A stretch of 32,000 bases of DNA from Candidatus Saccharimonadota bacterium. GTDB taxonomy: Bacteria > Patescibacteriota > Saccharimonadia > Saccharimonadales > Saccharimonadaceae. The stretch lies in contig MKSO01000001.1 of assembly GCA_001897305.1 (NCBI GenBank), positions 690,001 through 722,000 of the forward strand. Reading direction: 5' to 3'. The notes below the pieces were generated by a model. That model was given only the letters and a program-made list of their open reading frames with translations, was not told the origin of the DNA and searched no databases. The number at the start of each line of letters is the position of its first letter. Position 1 is the first letter of the stretch. Shown here in pieces: positions 1 to 10,225 of this stretch. The position numbers and the translations under genes were made by a program.

Positions 1-102
1 TCCATATACAACCCCCGGTACAAGACCTTCACGTCGTAGGTGGGTAACTTTTTTACCTCGTTGCTCGCGGACTGCGAGTGTTAGTGTTATCTTATCTCCC
101 AT
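1..102 (-). CDS. rplY: 50S ribosomal protein L25/Ctc, N-terminal 34 codons; the gene runs off the left edge
   Basis: Reverse complement of 1-102 translates to MGDKITLTLAVREQRGKKVTHLRREGLVPGVVYG, which is the L25 N-terminal signature (LRREGxVPGVVYG). An AAGGAGG Shine-Dalgarno sits at 109-115 (minus sense), 6 nt before the ATG at 100-102. This ORF is not in the supplied track because it is truncated. Confidence 0.8.
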   Translation of the reverse strand, partial: MGDKITLTLAVREQRGKKVTHLRREGLVPGVVYG

Positions 103-164
103 GTCTCTCCTCCTTTTCGTTGGATACCTTTACGGAAATTTGATATTGCACTTACTATTATACG

Positions 165-189
165 CTTTAAGCTGTAAGAAAGCTTAAAG
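165..189. promoter_or_regulatory. 9-bp perfect palindrome in the divergent rplY/DedA promoter region; possible operator or small hairpin
   Basis: CTTTAAGCT (165-173) and AGCTTAAAG (181-189) are exact reverse complements separated by 7 nt. The function is unknown. Confidence 0.2.
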
Positions 190-219
190 ACATGATGTAT
201 AGTTGCCAGAGAGCCTACG

Positions 220-228
220 TGCTACAAT
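220..228 (+). promoter_or_regulatory. Extended -10 box TGcTACAAT, 9 nt upstream of the DedA ATG
   Basis: TG at 220-221 and TACAAT at 223-228; the ATG is at 238. The candidate -35 (TTGCCA, 203-208) has a poor 14-nt spacing, so this would be an extended -10 type promoter giving a near-leaderless transcript. Confidence 0.45.
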
Positions 229-237
229 AGTAAGCAC

Positions 238-912
238 ATGATTCCCGGTGTTGATATTCTCGATTTTATTGTTAGGGCAAGTATATTCGGCGTGGCATTA
301 GTTGTGTTTGCCGAGTCCGGTCTTCTTATTGGTTTTTTCTTACCAGGTGACAGCCTATTGTTTGCCACTGGTTTTTTGATTCAAACCGGCCTGCTTCACT
401 TCAACATCCATCTTGCCGTCCTTCTTATTTTTGTCGCCGCTGTACTTGGTGATAGCGTTGGCTACACCTTCGGCCGCAAACTTGGGCCGCGCGTTTTCAG
501 TCGGCCAAATGCACGGCTTTTCAAGCAAGAGTATGTTAAGCGTACTCAAGATTTTTACGAAAAACACGGTGGTAAAACAATTATTATTGCCCGATTCGTC
601 CCTATTGTCCGTACTTTTGCTCCAATCGTAGCCGGTGCCGGTAAAATGGAGTACAAAAGATTCCTCACTTTTAACATTATTGGCGGCTTGCTTTGGACTG
701 CCGGTATTACCTACATGGGGTATTTCCTTGGTCACCTTTTCGAACAAGCTGGTATCGAAATCGATCAAATTCTTCTTCCGCTCATAGCCATTATCATCCT
801 TATTTCAGTACTTCCTCCAGCAATCCATATTCTTAAGGATAAGAAAAATCGTTCTGCTTTATGGGAAGGTGCGAAACGTCAGCTCAAGGCGCTTTTTGGG
901 CCTAAAAAGTAA
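238..912 (+). CDS. DedA/VTT-domain (SNARE-associated) integral membrane protein
   Basis: 224-aa ORF with several hydrophobic segments and the DedA-type motif FAESGLLIGFFLPGDSLLFATGFL, followed by GRKLGPRVF and IIIARFVPIVRTFAPIVAG. Confidence 0.8.
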   Translation: MIPGVDILDFIVRASIFGVALVVFAESGLLIGFFLPGDSLLFATGFLIQTGLLHFNIHLAVLLIFVAAVLGDSVGYTFGRKLGPRVFSRPNARLFKQEYVKRTQDFYEKHGGKTIIIARFVPIVRTFAPIVAGAGKMEYKRFLTFNIIGGLLWTAGITYMGYFLGHLFEQAGIEIDQILLPLIAIIILISVLPPAIHILKDKKNRSALWEGAKRQLKALFGPKK

Positions 913-926
913 GCTTGCCCCGCAGG

Positions 927-955
927 TTGCAAAATACTTCGTAAGTCATCATACT
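927..955 (+). promoter_or_regulatory. Sigma70-like promoter TTGCAA-17 nt-CATACT upstream of the GH13 gene
   Basis: TTGCAA at 927-932, a 17-nt spacer, and CATACT at 950-955; the ATG is at 967. Confidence 0.45.
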
Positions 956-966
956 AATGGTTACTT

Positions 967-2760
967 ATGGGGCATCACTCGCATAAACATTTAGGTGCAA
1001 TAGCCCACGATGACGGCGTTGATTTTTCTGTTTGGGCACCCTTTGCTAAAGCCGTTAGTCTTTTACAATGGGAAGAATTTGGATGGGCTGAGACCCCTAT
1101 GCAAAGCGACGACGAAGGCTATTGGTTTATTAAAGATGTTGATTCTGAGCCTGGCAAAATATATAAGTATCGCATCACCACCCAAAGTGACCAGATACTG
1201 GATCGCAATGACCCCTATGCTCGCCAACTGACCGATTCTGATGACGGCTCATCAGTTATAGTTGACTACTCGTTCGACTGGGAAGATGCCGATACATTCG
1301 TTCTGACACCGCACAATCAAGCGATCATTTACGAGCTCCACGTGGGGACTTTTAATAAACCCGATGCTTCGACAACCGGCACCTTTGCCGATGTTATAGA
1401 AAAGCTGGATTATCTCGTATCACTAGGAGTCAATTACATCGAGCTCATGCCTGTGACAAGTATGGCGCGTAGTCATGGCTGGGGGTATGCACCTAATTAT
1501 ATTTTTTCCATTGAAAACAGCTACGGTGGAAGGCATGGACTCCTTGAACTTGTCAAAGCCTGTCATCAAAAAGGGATCGGCGTCATCATCGACGTGGTCT
1601 ACAACCACTTCTTCGGATCACGAGAGGAAGTAGCTACCGATTTATGGCAATACGACGGCTGGAGCGAAAATGATTTGGGTGGCATCTATTTTTATAATGA
1701 CGAACGCGGGATGACACCATGGGGTGGTCGACCTGATTATGGACGACCAGAAGTACGCCAATTCTTTCTGGATAACGTCGCCATGTGGTTTAGCGAATAT
1801 AAAGTAGATGGCCTGCGGGTAGACTCCACTATCTATATGCGCAACATTGATGGCAATAACGATAATCACGCCCTCGACATTCCAGATGCCTGGAGTCTAA
1901 TGGCAGAAGTCACCGATCTTGCCCATAAAATTAACCCCAACGCCTTGATGATTGCCGAGGATAACTCAACCAACCCCGGTATCGTTACAGCTACCGATCA
2001 GGGTGGTATGGGCTTTAACGCGCAATGGGAAGTTGGCTTTCCGCATGTTGTTCGCGATGCCTTAGGCATTACCTACAACGACAGCCAACCGCCACTTCAA
2101 GGAGTTGAATGGGCACTCGGTCATTCCTACACAGGAGGTGGGTTTGATCGGGTTATTTTTGGCGACTCGCACGATACTGCTGCAAATGGGTCGACCCGTT
2201 TAAACGAAGCCATTACGCCAGGTAATGCTGAAAGTGTTTCGGCTAGGCAACGAGTCTTACTAGCCAGTGCATTTACATTAACAGCCCCAGGCATTCCAAT
2301 GCTTTTACAGGGTCAGGAATTTATGCAAGAGGGCGCCTTTAACGAATGGCAGATGCTTAAATGGGAGAAGACTGAGCAATTCTCTGGTATCGTGCTGGCA
2401 CATCAACATCTTATTAACCTTCGGCTCAATCGCTTTAATAATACCCGCGGGCTACTGGGTCACTATACAAATATCATTCACCGCGATGATACGAATACGG
2501 TGATTGCCTACCACCGCAAAGATCAAGGCGGTACTGGCGATGATACTATTGTAATTATCAACTTCGGCCCTGGCGAGTTTAGCGAGTACCAACTCACCTT
2601 CCCCCACGTAGGACACTGGCGAGTCCGTTTTAATAGCAGCTGGAAAGGTTACAGCGTCGACTTTAGCGAGACTACTATAGAATTAGCCCAACTCGACCGC
2701 CACTTAACAGCTACTGTATCGCTAGCACCCTATAGTACACTGATTTTGTCGTGCGACTAA
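967..2760 (+). CDS. GH13 alpha-amylase-family enzyme with an N-terminal CBM48-like module (branching-enzyme or debranching-like; exact specificity not resolved)
   Basis: 597 aa. N-terminus [10 protein letters not shown] is CBM48-like. GH13 conserved regions are present: [54 protein letters not shown] and FGDSHD. Confidence 0.75.
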   Translation: MGHHSHKHLGAIAHDDGVDFSVWAPFAKAVSLLQWEEFGWAETPMQSDDEGYWFIKDVDSEPGKIYKYRITTQSDQILDRNDPYARQLTDSDDGSSVIVDYSFDWEDADTFVLTPHNQAIIYELHVGTFNKPDASTTGTFADVIEKLDYLVSLGVNYIELMPVTSMARSHGWGYAPNYIFSIENSYGGRHGLLELVKACHQKGIGVIIDVVYNHFFGSREEVATDLWQYDGWSENDLGGIYFYNDERGMTPWGGRPDYGRPEVRQFFLDNVAMWFSEYKVDGLRVDSTIYMRNIDGNNDNHALDIPDAWSLMAEVTDLAHKINPNALMIAEDNSTNPGIVTATDQGGMGFNAQWEVGFPHVVRDALGITYNDSQPPLQGVEWALGHSYTGGGFDRVIFGDSHDTAANGSTRLNEAITPGNAESVSARQRVLLASAFTLTAPGIPMLLQGQEFMQEGAFNEWQMLKWEKTEQFSGIVLAHQHLINLRLNRFNNTRGLLGHYTNIIHRDDTNTVIAYHRKDQGGTGDDTIVIINFGPGEFSEYQLTFPHVGHWRVRFNSSWKGYSVDFSETTIELAQLDRHLTATVSLAPYSTLILSCD

Positions 2761-5573
2761 CGCAACAGAGTTTTTAGATATTTACCAGTAAATGAGTCTT
2801 TCGCCTTGGCGATCTGTTCTGGTGTGCCTTCAGCAACAACCGTTCCACCACCCAAGCCACCTTCGGGTCCCATGTCGATAATGTGATCAGCCGTCTTGAT
2901 AACATCAAGGTTATGTTCAATAATTACCATACTGTTACCGCCCTCAACCAGCTTTTGCAAAATACCAAGTAAACGTTTTACGTCAGCACTATGAAGACCA
3001 GTGGTTGGCTCGTCAAGAATATATAGCGTCTTACCGGTTGAACGACGCGATAATTCAGAAGCTAGTTTAATACGCTGGGCTTCACCGCCACTAAATGTAG
3101 TGGCTGGCTGCCCAAGACGAATATATCCCAACCCAACATCAACCAAGGTATCAAGCTTCCGGGCAATTGCTGGAATGTTCGCAAAGAATTGCGCACCTTG
3201 TTCAACTGTCATTTCAAGCACATCGCTAATAGTAGCGTCCTTGTATTTAATTTCTAAGGCTTCGCGGTTATAGCGTTTACCCTTACAGACATCGCAGGTA
3301 ACGTATACATCTGGCAAGAAGTGCATTTCAATTTTAATGACACCGTCACCCTGACAATTCTCGCAACGGCCACCCTTTACATTGAAACTAAAGCGCCCCG
3401 CTTTATAGCCACGAATATTCGCTTCAGGTGTACCGGCGAATAATTCACGAATCGCCGTAAAGACACCTGTGTAGGTAGCTGGGTTAGATCGTGGGGTTCG
3501 CCCAATGGCCGATTGGTCAATCACGATTACCTTATCAAGCTGCTGAATACCCTCGATATTATCATGTGTACCAGGTACTTCATGGGCACGATGCAAGCGG
3601 GCCGACAGTTCTTTAGCAAGAATGTCATTCACGAGTGTCGACTTACCGCTTCCGCTCACGCCACTTACTACCGTCATCACCCCAAGTGGTACTGTTACAT
3701 CGATGTTCTTCAAGTTATTTTCGCGAGCACCCTTAATAACGAGCGTGCGATCTTTCTGAATTGTGCGACGCTTCTTTGGCACATCGATTTTTTCGGTTCC
3801 GCTTAAGAATCGACCAGTTATGCTATCTGGATTCTTAGCGACTTCTGCTGGAGTACCGCTCGCCACAACATTACCACCGTTCACGCCGGCACCTGGGCCA
3901 ATATCAAGCAAGTAATCAGCCTCACGAATGGTGTCTTCGTCGTGCTCAACGACTAACACTGTATTCCCTAAGTCGCGCAGGTGTTTCAAGGTGGCAATAA
4001 GACGGTCGTTATCACGCTGGTGTAAGCCAATAGAAGGCTCATCCAATACGTACAACACACCCTGCAACCCAGAACCAATTTGGGTTGCCAAACGAATACG
4101 CTGCGCCTCACCACCAGACAACGTATTAGCAGCCCGCGATAGCTCTAGGTAGCTCAGCCCAACATTATTCATAAACCCAAGACGAGATTTAATCTCCTTC
4201 ATAATTTGAGTAGCGATAAAAGCCTCTTGTTCAGTGAGGTGTAGCTTAGTGTTAAACAAGTCCAAGGCGTCTTCAACACCCAAACTACAAATATCCATAA
4301 TATTAAGATCATGAATAGTAACCGCCAGAACCACAGGTTTCAGTCGGGCACCATGACATGCGTGACATTCGCGTTCTCGCATAAAGCGCTCAATGTCTTT
4401 ACGCATGAAGTCACTGTCGGTTTCTTTGTAACGACGCTCGAGATTTGGAATAACACCTTCGTAAGTTGAGTCATAAGCGCGGCCATCACCCAGTGAGATA
4501 CGATACTTTTGCTCACCGGTACCATATAATACTTTTTGAACAGCCTCGGCAGGCAAGTCTTTCACGGGCACCCGCAAACTAAAGCCATGCTCATCCGCGA
4601 CAACCTGTAGACGCTTCATATACCAAGCATCACTGTTAACACGGTTATACGGACGGATTGCACCCTCGGCAATAGTAAGATTAGGATTAAATACTAGTTC
4701 AGGATCAACTTCCAAACGACTACCAAGCCCGGTACATACCGGACAAGCACCTTGTGGTGCGTTAAAGCTAAACAAACGAGGCTCTAACTCGGGAATTTCT
4801 TCATTCGGGTGGTCGACACAAGCATAGCGCTGGCTGTAGATATGAGATTCGTCGGCGTCAACATCCAGTACCTCAACTACACCATCGGCAATTTCAAGTG
4901 CTTGTTCAACAGACTGCGCTACCCTTGAACGCACGTCTTCCGAAATAGCAATACGGTCAACTACGATCTCGACATCGTGTTTGTACTTTTTATCAAGTTC
5001 GGGGTATTCATCAAGCGAATAGACAACCCCATCAACACGCGCACGGGCAAAACCAAGGCGACGATATTGTTCGGGAATATGTGCAAACTCACCTTTTTTA
5101 CCCTTGGCAATCGGCGCCAAAATCATCAAACGAGAACCAGCCGGCAACTTGAGCACCTCATCAATAATATCTTGCGGTGTTCGGCGCGTAACCGGCTTAC
5201 CGCACACTGGACAGTGTGGCACGCCAATACGAGCATAGAGAAGACGAAGATAATCGTAAATTTCTGTAACCGTTGCAACCGTCGAGCGTGGGTTACGACT
5301 GGTTGATTTTTGGTCAATGCTAATTGCTGGACTCAGGCCATCAATCTGATCGACATCGGGCTTTTCCATGAGCCCTAAGAATTGGCGGGCATAGCTCGAA
5401 AGGCTCTCAACGTACCGACGTTGACCTTCAGCGTAGATCGTATCAAAAGCTAAACTCGATTTACCAGAACCACTAAGTCCCGTAATAACAACGAGTTTAT
5501 CGCGAGGGATTTCAACACTAATATCTTTTAGGTTGTGCTCGCGTGCACCTGAAACACGAATAACCTCTGCCAT
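2757..5573 (-). CDS. uvrA: Excinuclease ABC subunit A (UvrA)
   Basis: Full-length UvrA: Walker [24 protein letters not shown], zinc modules CPVCG and CxxC, ABC signature LSGGEAQR twice, and a second Walker [11 protein letters not shown]. The track starts at a GTG (5591), but a TATAAT box (5583-5588) overlaps that codon, so the ATG at 5571-5573 (MAEVIRV...) is the more likely start. Confidence 0.95.
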   Translation of the reverse strand: MAEVIRVSGAREHNLKDISVEIPRDKLVVITGLSGSGKSSLAFDTIYAEGQRRYVESLSSYARQFLGLMEKPDVDQIDGLSPAISIDQKSTSRNPRSTVATVTEIYDYLRLLYARIGVPHCPVCGKPVTRRTPQDIIDEVLKLPAGSRLMILAPIAKGKKGEFAHIPEQYRRLGFARARVDGVVYSLDEYPELDKKYKHDVEIVVDRIAISEDVRSRVAQSVEQALEIADGVVEVLDVDADESHIYSQRYACVDHPNEEIPELEPRLFSFNAPQGACPVCTGLGSRLEVDPELVFNPNLTIAEGAIRPYNRVNSDAWYMKRLQVVADEHGFSLRVPVKDLPAEAVQKVLYGTGEQKYRISLGDGRAYDSTYEGVIPNLERRYKETDSDFMRKDIERFMRERECHACHGARLKPVVLAVTIHDLNIMDICSLGVEDALDLFNTKLHLTEQEAFIATQIMKEIKSRLGFMNNVGLSYLELSRAANTLSGGEAQRIRLATQIGSGLQGVLYVLDEPSIGLHQRDNDRLIATLKHLRDLGNTVLVVEHDEDTIREADYLLDIGPGAGVNGGNVVASGTPAEVAKNPDSITGRFLSGTEKIDVPKKRRTIQKDRTLVIKGARENNLKNIDVTVPLGVMTVVSGVSGSGKSTLVNDILAKELSARLHRAHEVPGTHDNIEGIQQLDKVIVIDQSAIGRTPRSNPATYTGVFTAIRELFAGTPEANIRGYKAGRFSFNVKGGRCENCQGDGVIKIEMHFLPDVYVTCDVCKGKRYNREALEIKYKDATISDVLEMTVEQGAQFFANIPAIARKLDTLVDVGLGYIRLGQPATTFSGGEAQRIKLASELSRRSTGKTLYILDEPTTGLHSADVKRLLGILQKLVEGGNSMVIIEHNLDVIKTADHIIDMGPEGGLGGGTVVAEGTPEQIAKAKDSFTGKYLKTLLR

Positions 5574-5582
5574 AACTAGGTT

Positions 5583-5588
5583 ATTATA
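5583..5588 (-). promoter_or_regulatory. -10 box TATAAT, 9 nt upstream of the uvrA ATG
   Basis: Minus-sense sequence is gcgtgTATAATaacctagttATG. Confidence 0.4.
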
Positions 5589-5621
5589 CACGCTTTACTT
5601 GTTTTTTTAAAGTAACGGGCG

Positions 5622-6602
5622 CTAGCTGGCTACTTGCTCTGTGTATACGACAACCCTATGGTCGTAGGTGTTTTTACCGTTCAGCCATTTGCCAGTACAC
5701 GTCATAAGATTAAGCCCGCGCAGTGTATTTCCATAAGGAAGAAGTGCTTTTTTCATATCAAAACCATCAAGTGGAACTACTTCGGTATGCACTACTTTAT
5801 ACGTCAGCTTCGTGCCATCACCCTTTTCTACTTGCAAAGTATCCCCTTCGACTAATGTATCAAGGTAAGCAAAAAGTCCTTCCCTTGTTGGCCCCGAAGC
5901 ATGTCCGTCAATAAAGAGCGCACCAATATCACCCGGCTTAACGCTCCCCGTATACCAACCTGAATCGTAGATGTTTTTCGGAGCCTGCACACTACCGTCA
6001 TTGTTTACCGACATCGGCAAAATGCGAGCCGCAATTTTGAGTTTATCAATATATATAGCCCTTGGCAGTTCAGGTGATACTGCATATTTACTCAAGCTTG
6101 AAGCATGCGGCTGCGTTTCATCTTTGCCTTCTTGGTCTTGATGGCTCGTAGTGTCATCCGCTGACTTTGCATCAGACGCAGCCGGTAAGGCCGTCAGTTC
6201 TGTCTTTGCTTGACTATTCGTAAGATACGCATCGATACTGACATATCCGGTCATCAGCACAAATAACCCTGCCAAGAACACCAGCCCAAAACGTTTCATA
6301 TCACGAACCTTCTGACGCTCCCGGCGAGCCTCACGCCTCGCTTTAAGCAATGCTTTTTGAAGTGCTTCTTGTTTCTGGTTGCCCGTAAGATGTTCGATCG
6401 GTTTCACGCTATAGCTGACGGCAACTTTGGTTGTTTTCTGGACTGTATGGCCAGCAGAATCCTGATAAGTCTCTCTACTCACTGTTTGAGCGCTATACCT
6501 ATCCCGCACAACAAGTGGCCCACTATCTCTATAGACACTCTTAGTATGAGTCGCTGTTCGAGCGACCGGACGATAATGGCGGGGTGGTCTAATATCTTGC
6601 AT
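5622..6602 (-). CDS. Sortase-family transpeptidase, membrane anchored, with a long N-terminal region
   Basis: 326 aa. One TM segment (FGLVFLAGLFVLMTGYV). The C-terminal sortase fold carries the catalytic triad context: FIDGHASGP (His), LNLMTCTG (the TLxTC-type Cys) and DHRVVVY (Arg). Confidence 0.75.
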   Translation of the reverse strand: MQDIRPPRHYRPVARTATHTKSVYRDSGPLVVRDRYSAQTVSRETYQDSAGHTVQKTTKVAVSYSVKPIEHLTGNQKQEALQKALLKARREARRERQKVRDMKRFGLVFLAGLFVLMTGYVSIDAYLTNSQAKTELTALPAASDAKSADDTTSHQDQEGKDETQPHASSLSKYAVSPELPRAIYIDKLKIAARILPMSVNNDGSVQAPKNIYDSGWYTGSVKPGDIGALFIDGHASGPTREGLFAYLDTLVEGDTLQVEKGDGTKLTYKVVHTEVVPLDGFDMKKALLPYGNTLRGLNLMTCTGKWLNGKNTYDHRVVVYTEQVAS

Positions 6603-6641
6603 ATGTGTTTATTTTTTGATTTGTTCTTTTAACGCACCAAG

Positions 6642-6664
6642 AGCGGAGGATGAAACACTCCGCT
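6642..6664 (-). terminator. Hairpin between the adhesin and sortase genes; possible partial terminator or attenuator
   Basis: AGCGGAG (6642-6648) pairs with CTCCGCT (6658-6664) around a 9-nt loop. No U-tract follows on the minus-strand RNA. Confidence 0.3.
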
Positions 6665-6706
6665 TAGTGCAATGACTTAGTAAGGTACGTAATTCTAAGT
6701 TATATA

Positions 6707-8302
6707 TTATTTAGTTGTTTTACGACGAGTAAGGGCAACTGCAACAAGAAGTACTGCGGTTGCAATGCCAAGTCCGGCAACAAGTACTGGGTTTACTAAT
6801 GAAAGTTTTTCAGCACCAGTATTTGGCGTGCTTACGTCTTTTCCGGTGTTAAGGGCCGTGAGCACGATGTCATTTCCATCACCACCCTTGTAAGTAATGT
6901 TAAATACTACATTATTAACAGTAAACTGAGTTCCTTCGGGAAGACCGCTGAAGATACCATCAACGTCTTTATTACTCTTGTTGTCGATAATAGTAAACTG
7001 ATCGCCTTGGTTAATTGCATACCCAGCAGGCAGGATAACATTAAGATATGATGTCGGATCAAGACTCACAGGACTTCCACTTCCTGAATAGGTCTCGCCT
7101 ACAACTAACTTGTCGTAGTTGTCTTTGTTTAATACCTCAGCCTGGTATTCACCAGAAATGTACACATCAGAAGCAATTGTCATAGTTCCAGGGCTGTGTC
7201 CAGGCGCAACTATACCGCCACGGCTAACGTATAGACCGTCGAGCTTCCCAGTTCCCTTAAGGATACCGCCAGAATATACACTCGCATAGCTTCGCTCACC
7301 ATCAAGTACCGTTGTCTCGTTTTCTGCCACAGAAATACTTGCACTAGGGTTACTGTCGGTTACATTTGTTGTTTTCGTCTCGGGAATGACTTCGGAATCA
7401 CCTATAAATAGTCTCCCCATAGACCCTAATTGCTTCGTAATAGCATGTCCATTCAGCGTTATTTGCCCACCCAATCGAGTAGTTACTTGTCGATCAGTAT
7501 ATACTTGCAAGTCTGAATTTAGGGTAATCGGGCTTCCAAGAGTGTAATCTTTGTCTGTGTAGGTTGAGGTTTGCGTTTGAGAATCATAGGTATTGATACT
7601 ATAAAACGATAGAGCTGCTTTTGTTACACCACTAGCAACAGATATCGGAGTTGTGAATGGACTAGAGAAAGCACCATAAAAAGTCAGAGAACCATACGAC
7701 TTTAGCTCGTATGATGCTGCCGTTACGTTACTAGACGCGCTGAGACCCGTGTTACTAACGCTAATTTTACCAGAGATAGTACTACCCGGTAAAAAGCTTA
7801 CACTTGATGTAAGTATGAGATCCCCAGCCACGGTAAATTTGCTTGGATACATATACGAATTAACTATCAAATCACCGTTAGCGACAAGATCAGTGACACC
7901 AATATACGGCGTTACTGCGTTAGAGACACTGGGACCTGCAGCAATGGTAGCACCATCACTTAGGGTCAGTTTACTAATGGTATAGTTTGTACTTCCGTAT
8001 GAGCTACTTGCGGTTTGATTGAGTTGGACACCACTAAATACTACGTTGGTAAGGTCATTCTGCAATGACAGACTATTTGTACCGACAATACCCGGAAATG
8101 TGATTGAATCACCCGTCACAGGTACTTGTCCAGTACTCCAGTTAGCGGCGTCGCTAAATTTCGATCCATCTCCCCCACCGGTCCACGTCAATGTAGCCGC
8201 AGAAGTAGGAACCACGTGCACAAATTGCGCCGCTAGCACTGCCAACAGAAACAGTGGGAGAGCGACAATATGCTTAAGTCTACTTTTTATACTCATATCC
8301 AT
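6707..8302 (-). CDS. Secreted, cell-wall-anchored surface protein (beta-helix/PATR-type repeats) with an LPXTG-like TPNTG sorting signal
   Basis: 531 aa. Signal peptide ALPLFLLAVLAAQFVHVVPTSAA. PATR-like start motif LTWTGGGDGSKFSDAANWSTGQVP. Ser/Thr/Gly-rich repetitive body. C-terminal module FNITYKGGDGNDIVLTAL. This is followed by TPNTG (6815-6829), a hydrophobic helix (VLVAGLGIATAVLLVAVAL) and a basic tail (TRRKTTK). The start could instead be the second ATG (8296), which has AAGGA 5 nt upstream. Confidence 0.8.
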   Translation of the reverse strand: MDMSIKSRLKHIVALPLFLLAVLAAQFVHVVPTSAATLTWTGGGDGSKFSDAANWSTGQVPVTGDSITFPGIVGTNSLSLQNDLTNVVFSGVQLNQTASSSYGSTNYTISKLTLSDGATIAAGPSVSNAVTPYIGVTDLVANGDLIVNSYMYPSKFTVAGDLILTSSVSFLPGSTISGKISVSNTGLSASSNVTAASYELKSYGSLTFYGAFSSPFTTPISVASGVTKAALSFYSINTYDSQTQTSTYTDKDYTLGSPITLNSDLQVYTDRQVTTRLGGQITLNGHAITKQLGSMGRLFIGDSEVIPETKTTNVTDSNPSASISVAENETTVLDGERSYASVYSGGILKGTGKLDGLYVSRGGIVAPGHSPGTMTIASDVYISGEYQAEVLNKDNYDKLVVGETYSGSGSPVSLDPTSYLNVILPAGYAINQGDQFTIIDNKSNKDVDGIFSGLPEGTQFTVNNVVFNITYKGGDGNDIVLTALNTGKDVSTPNTGAEKLSLVNPVLVAGLGIATAVLLVAVALTRRKTTK

Positions 8303-8418
8303 CCTTTTTGTTTTAAAACTATGTTTGCCTTCAGCTTATCCAAGTATTACTTTTTATGCAAGATGCTTATGTTGTATTATTCACATAAATTTGCTTTTTC
8401 AAATAAATATGCTCATGC

Positions 8419-8447
8419 TTGCATTTTCAATTCCAGAGGTCTATAGT
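8419..8447 (+). promoter_or_regulatory. Sigma70-like promoter TTGCAT-17 nt-TATAGT
   Basis: TTGCAT at 8419-8424, a 17-nt spacer, and TATAGT at 8442-8447. It lies 28 nt upstream of the ATG at 8476. Confidence 0.45.
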
Positions 8448-8475
8448 CGTGACAACCAATAAAGAAGTGAGCCAG

Positions 8476-8745
8476 ATGAAACAGCTATTAACCACTACAT
8501 TCACTATCCTATCTGTCATTATTATTCTTGATAGTATGAATTTTGGCCATGCTCTTATGATGTTTCTGCTCGCAGGGGTAATACCAGGCACTACTATCGT
8601 TTTGTCTGGCGAGCAAATGCTTCAACTCTTTACGACCATTTTTGGTTTTATATGCGCTCGTATCGCTACGCGCGCGTTTGCATATGCAGTTAGTCGTCAA
8701 ACGGCACAACACTCTCAGCCCAAAGCTGCAATTCTTGCAAAATAA
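8476..8745 (+). CDS. Small hypothetical membrane protein (89 aa)
   Basis: Begins MKQLLTTTFTILSVIIILD, then MMFLLAGVIPGTTIVL and FTTIFGFICARIA, giving 2-3 predicted TM segments. A good promoter lies just upstream, which makes the track's start at 8419 unlikely. The 3' end overlaps the convergent sbcB by 56 nt. Confidence 0.45.
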   Translation: MKQLLTTTFTILSVIIILDSMNFGHALMMFLLAGVIPGTTIVLSGEQMLQLFTTIFGFICARIATRAFAYAVSRQTAQHSQPKAAILAK

Positions 8746-10108
8746 AACTTTTCGAATCATCCGTTGCATGTATAGCTGCTAATTGCTGTAATCTTGCTAC
8801 AAAAGCCGGCAACTGAGCCTTAATTCTAGCAGCGCGCCATTGCTCCCACTGCTGCGCTTCATCTTCAGCCATACTCTGTGGGTAATTGCGGGCTTTGTAG
8901 TGAAGCAATAGTCCATTCAGGCGTTCATCCGTAAACTCTGGATGAAGGTCTGCAAGTTCATCAGCTCCGGCGTTTCGCACTTTTTCAATACGGAGTTTAT
9001 CAATGTCAGGCACAAACCCTTCGTACAATTGAGCTTCTGGGTCGTGTTCTTTAGCGAATTCAGGACGGCCTTCGTATAGCGAGCGGATATTTTCAGCAAA
9101 CCCAGGATTAGCAAGCAGAATATTCCGATGCTTCTCGATTGTAGCTGCATCTAAAGACAAGCGCTGCCACCCGTCATCGCGTTCGAGTACGCCCACGGGG
9201 GCAACCGCTGGTGCTCGGTTGTATTGTAACTCCTTAACAGGGAGTTTAATAAAGTCCTCTTTTTGCCGTTCTTCCCAGCTGGCAAACATACTCTTTGCAA
9301 GCTCTTTACTACTAAGGCTTACTAGCGGCGTCGGATCGTAACGTAGATCATATACAATAACATTGCCATTTCGCCCCGAGGTAAGCGGGAAGACAACTGT
9401 TGCCTTGTGGTAGAGTGCCTCGTATCGGCCACTTACATATACAAACGGTCGCTTATCATCTAAATTGACAAGTTCAGCAACCTTGCGCTTATCTTTCATG
9501 GCGAACAGGTGCTCGTATAGTTGAGGCTGTTTCTCTTTAATAAGTTTCGTAACAGCAATCAAGGCTTCAACATCACTAAGGGCGTCGTGAGCTTTGAAAT
9601 GGTCTATGCCGTTCAGTTTCGTAAGAAGCTCGAGTCGGTTGGTTTCTTTGCCGTCTACAACAGGCCACTCAATACCTTCTGGGCGCAGAGCACGCGTCAT
9701 GCGAACAACATCAAGCATATCCCACCGGCCGCGGCCGTCCCGCCAAGCCCACTCGTAAGGATCACGGAAAGTGCGCCAAAATAAAGCGCGAATAAATTCG
9801 TCATCAAATCGTATATTGTTGAAACCAACCGTAATCGTATCTTCTGTAAAAATCTCGTCTAAAAGAAGGTGCGCAAACTCCGCTTCGGTCAGGCCATCGG
9901 CTTGAGTTTGCTGAGGAGTAATCCCTGTTACCATTAAAGCGTCTGGGTTTGGCAGTGTATCGTCATTTAATTTAACAAGAATGTTATATGGTTCACCGAT
10001 GGGTTCAAAATTAAGTGTGGTACGCTGACCGGCAAACTGCATAATACGGTCATGTCGCGGGTTAAGACCGGAAGTTTCGAGGTCATAGAAGAAAAAAGTC
10101 TGAGGCAT
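8690..10108 (-). CDS. sbcB: Exodeoxyribonuclease I
   Basis: 472 aa. DnaQ-like exonuclease motifs are present: FFFYDLETSGLNPRHDRIMQFAG, FNNIRFDDEF and HDALSDV. A C-terminal SH3-like/helical ExoI region follows. Confidence 0.9.
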   Translation of the reverse strand: MPQTFFFYDLETSGLNPRHDRIMQFAGQRTTLNFEPIGEPYNILVKLNDDTLPNPDALMVTGITPQQTQADGLTEAEFAHLLLDEIFTEDTITVGFNNIRFDDEFIRALFWRTFRDPYEWAWRDGRGRWDMLDVVRMTRALRPEGIEWPVVDGKETNRLELLTKLNGIDHFKAHDALSDVEALIAVTKLIKEKQPQLYEHLFAMKDKRKVAELVNLDDKRPFVYVSGRYEALYHKATVVFPLTSGRNGNVIVYDLRYDPTPLVSLSSKELAKSMFASWEERQKEDFIKLPVKELQYNRAPAVAPVGVLERDDGWQRLSLDAATIEKHRNILLANPGFAENIRSLYEGRPEFAKEHDPEAQLYEGFVPDIDKLRIEKVRNAGADELADLHPEFTDERLNGLLLHYKARNYPQSMAEDEAQQWEQWRAARIKAQLPAFVARLQQLAAIHATDDSKSFILQELQLWAESVVPFDD

Positions 10109-10155
10109 ACCCTTTATTATAGTGGACGAACTTAAATAACTTATAAAACATACCC

Positions 10156-10184
10156 ATGAAAAACAAAAAACACCCTAACGGTGC
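10156..10184 (-). terminator. Weak intrinsic terminator candidate at the sbcB-proximal edge of the GC island
   Basis: Minus-strand RNA reads GCACC GUUAG GGUGU followed by UUUUUGUUUUU. The stem is short (4-5 bp), but the U-tract is long (reverse complement of 10156-10170). Confidence 0.3.
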
Positions 10185-10195
10185 ATAAAAGTTAA

Positions 10196-10211
10196 GATAA
10201 TTCGACAGTAC
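10196..10211. repeat. Left inverted repeat GATAATTCGACAGTAC
   Basis: Exact reverse complement of 10667-10682. Confidence 0.9.
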
Positions 10212-10225
10212 ATAAGGTACGAGGT

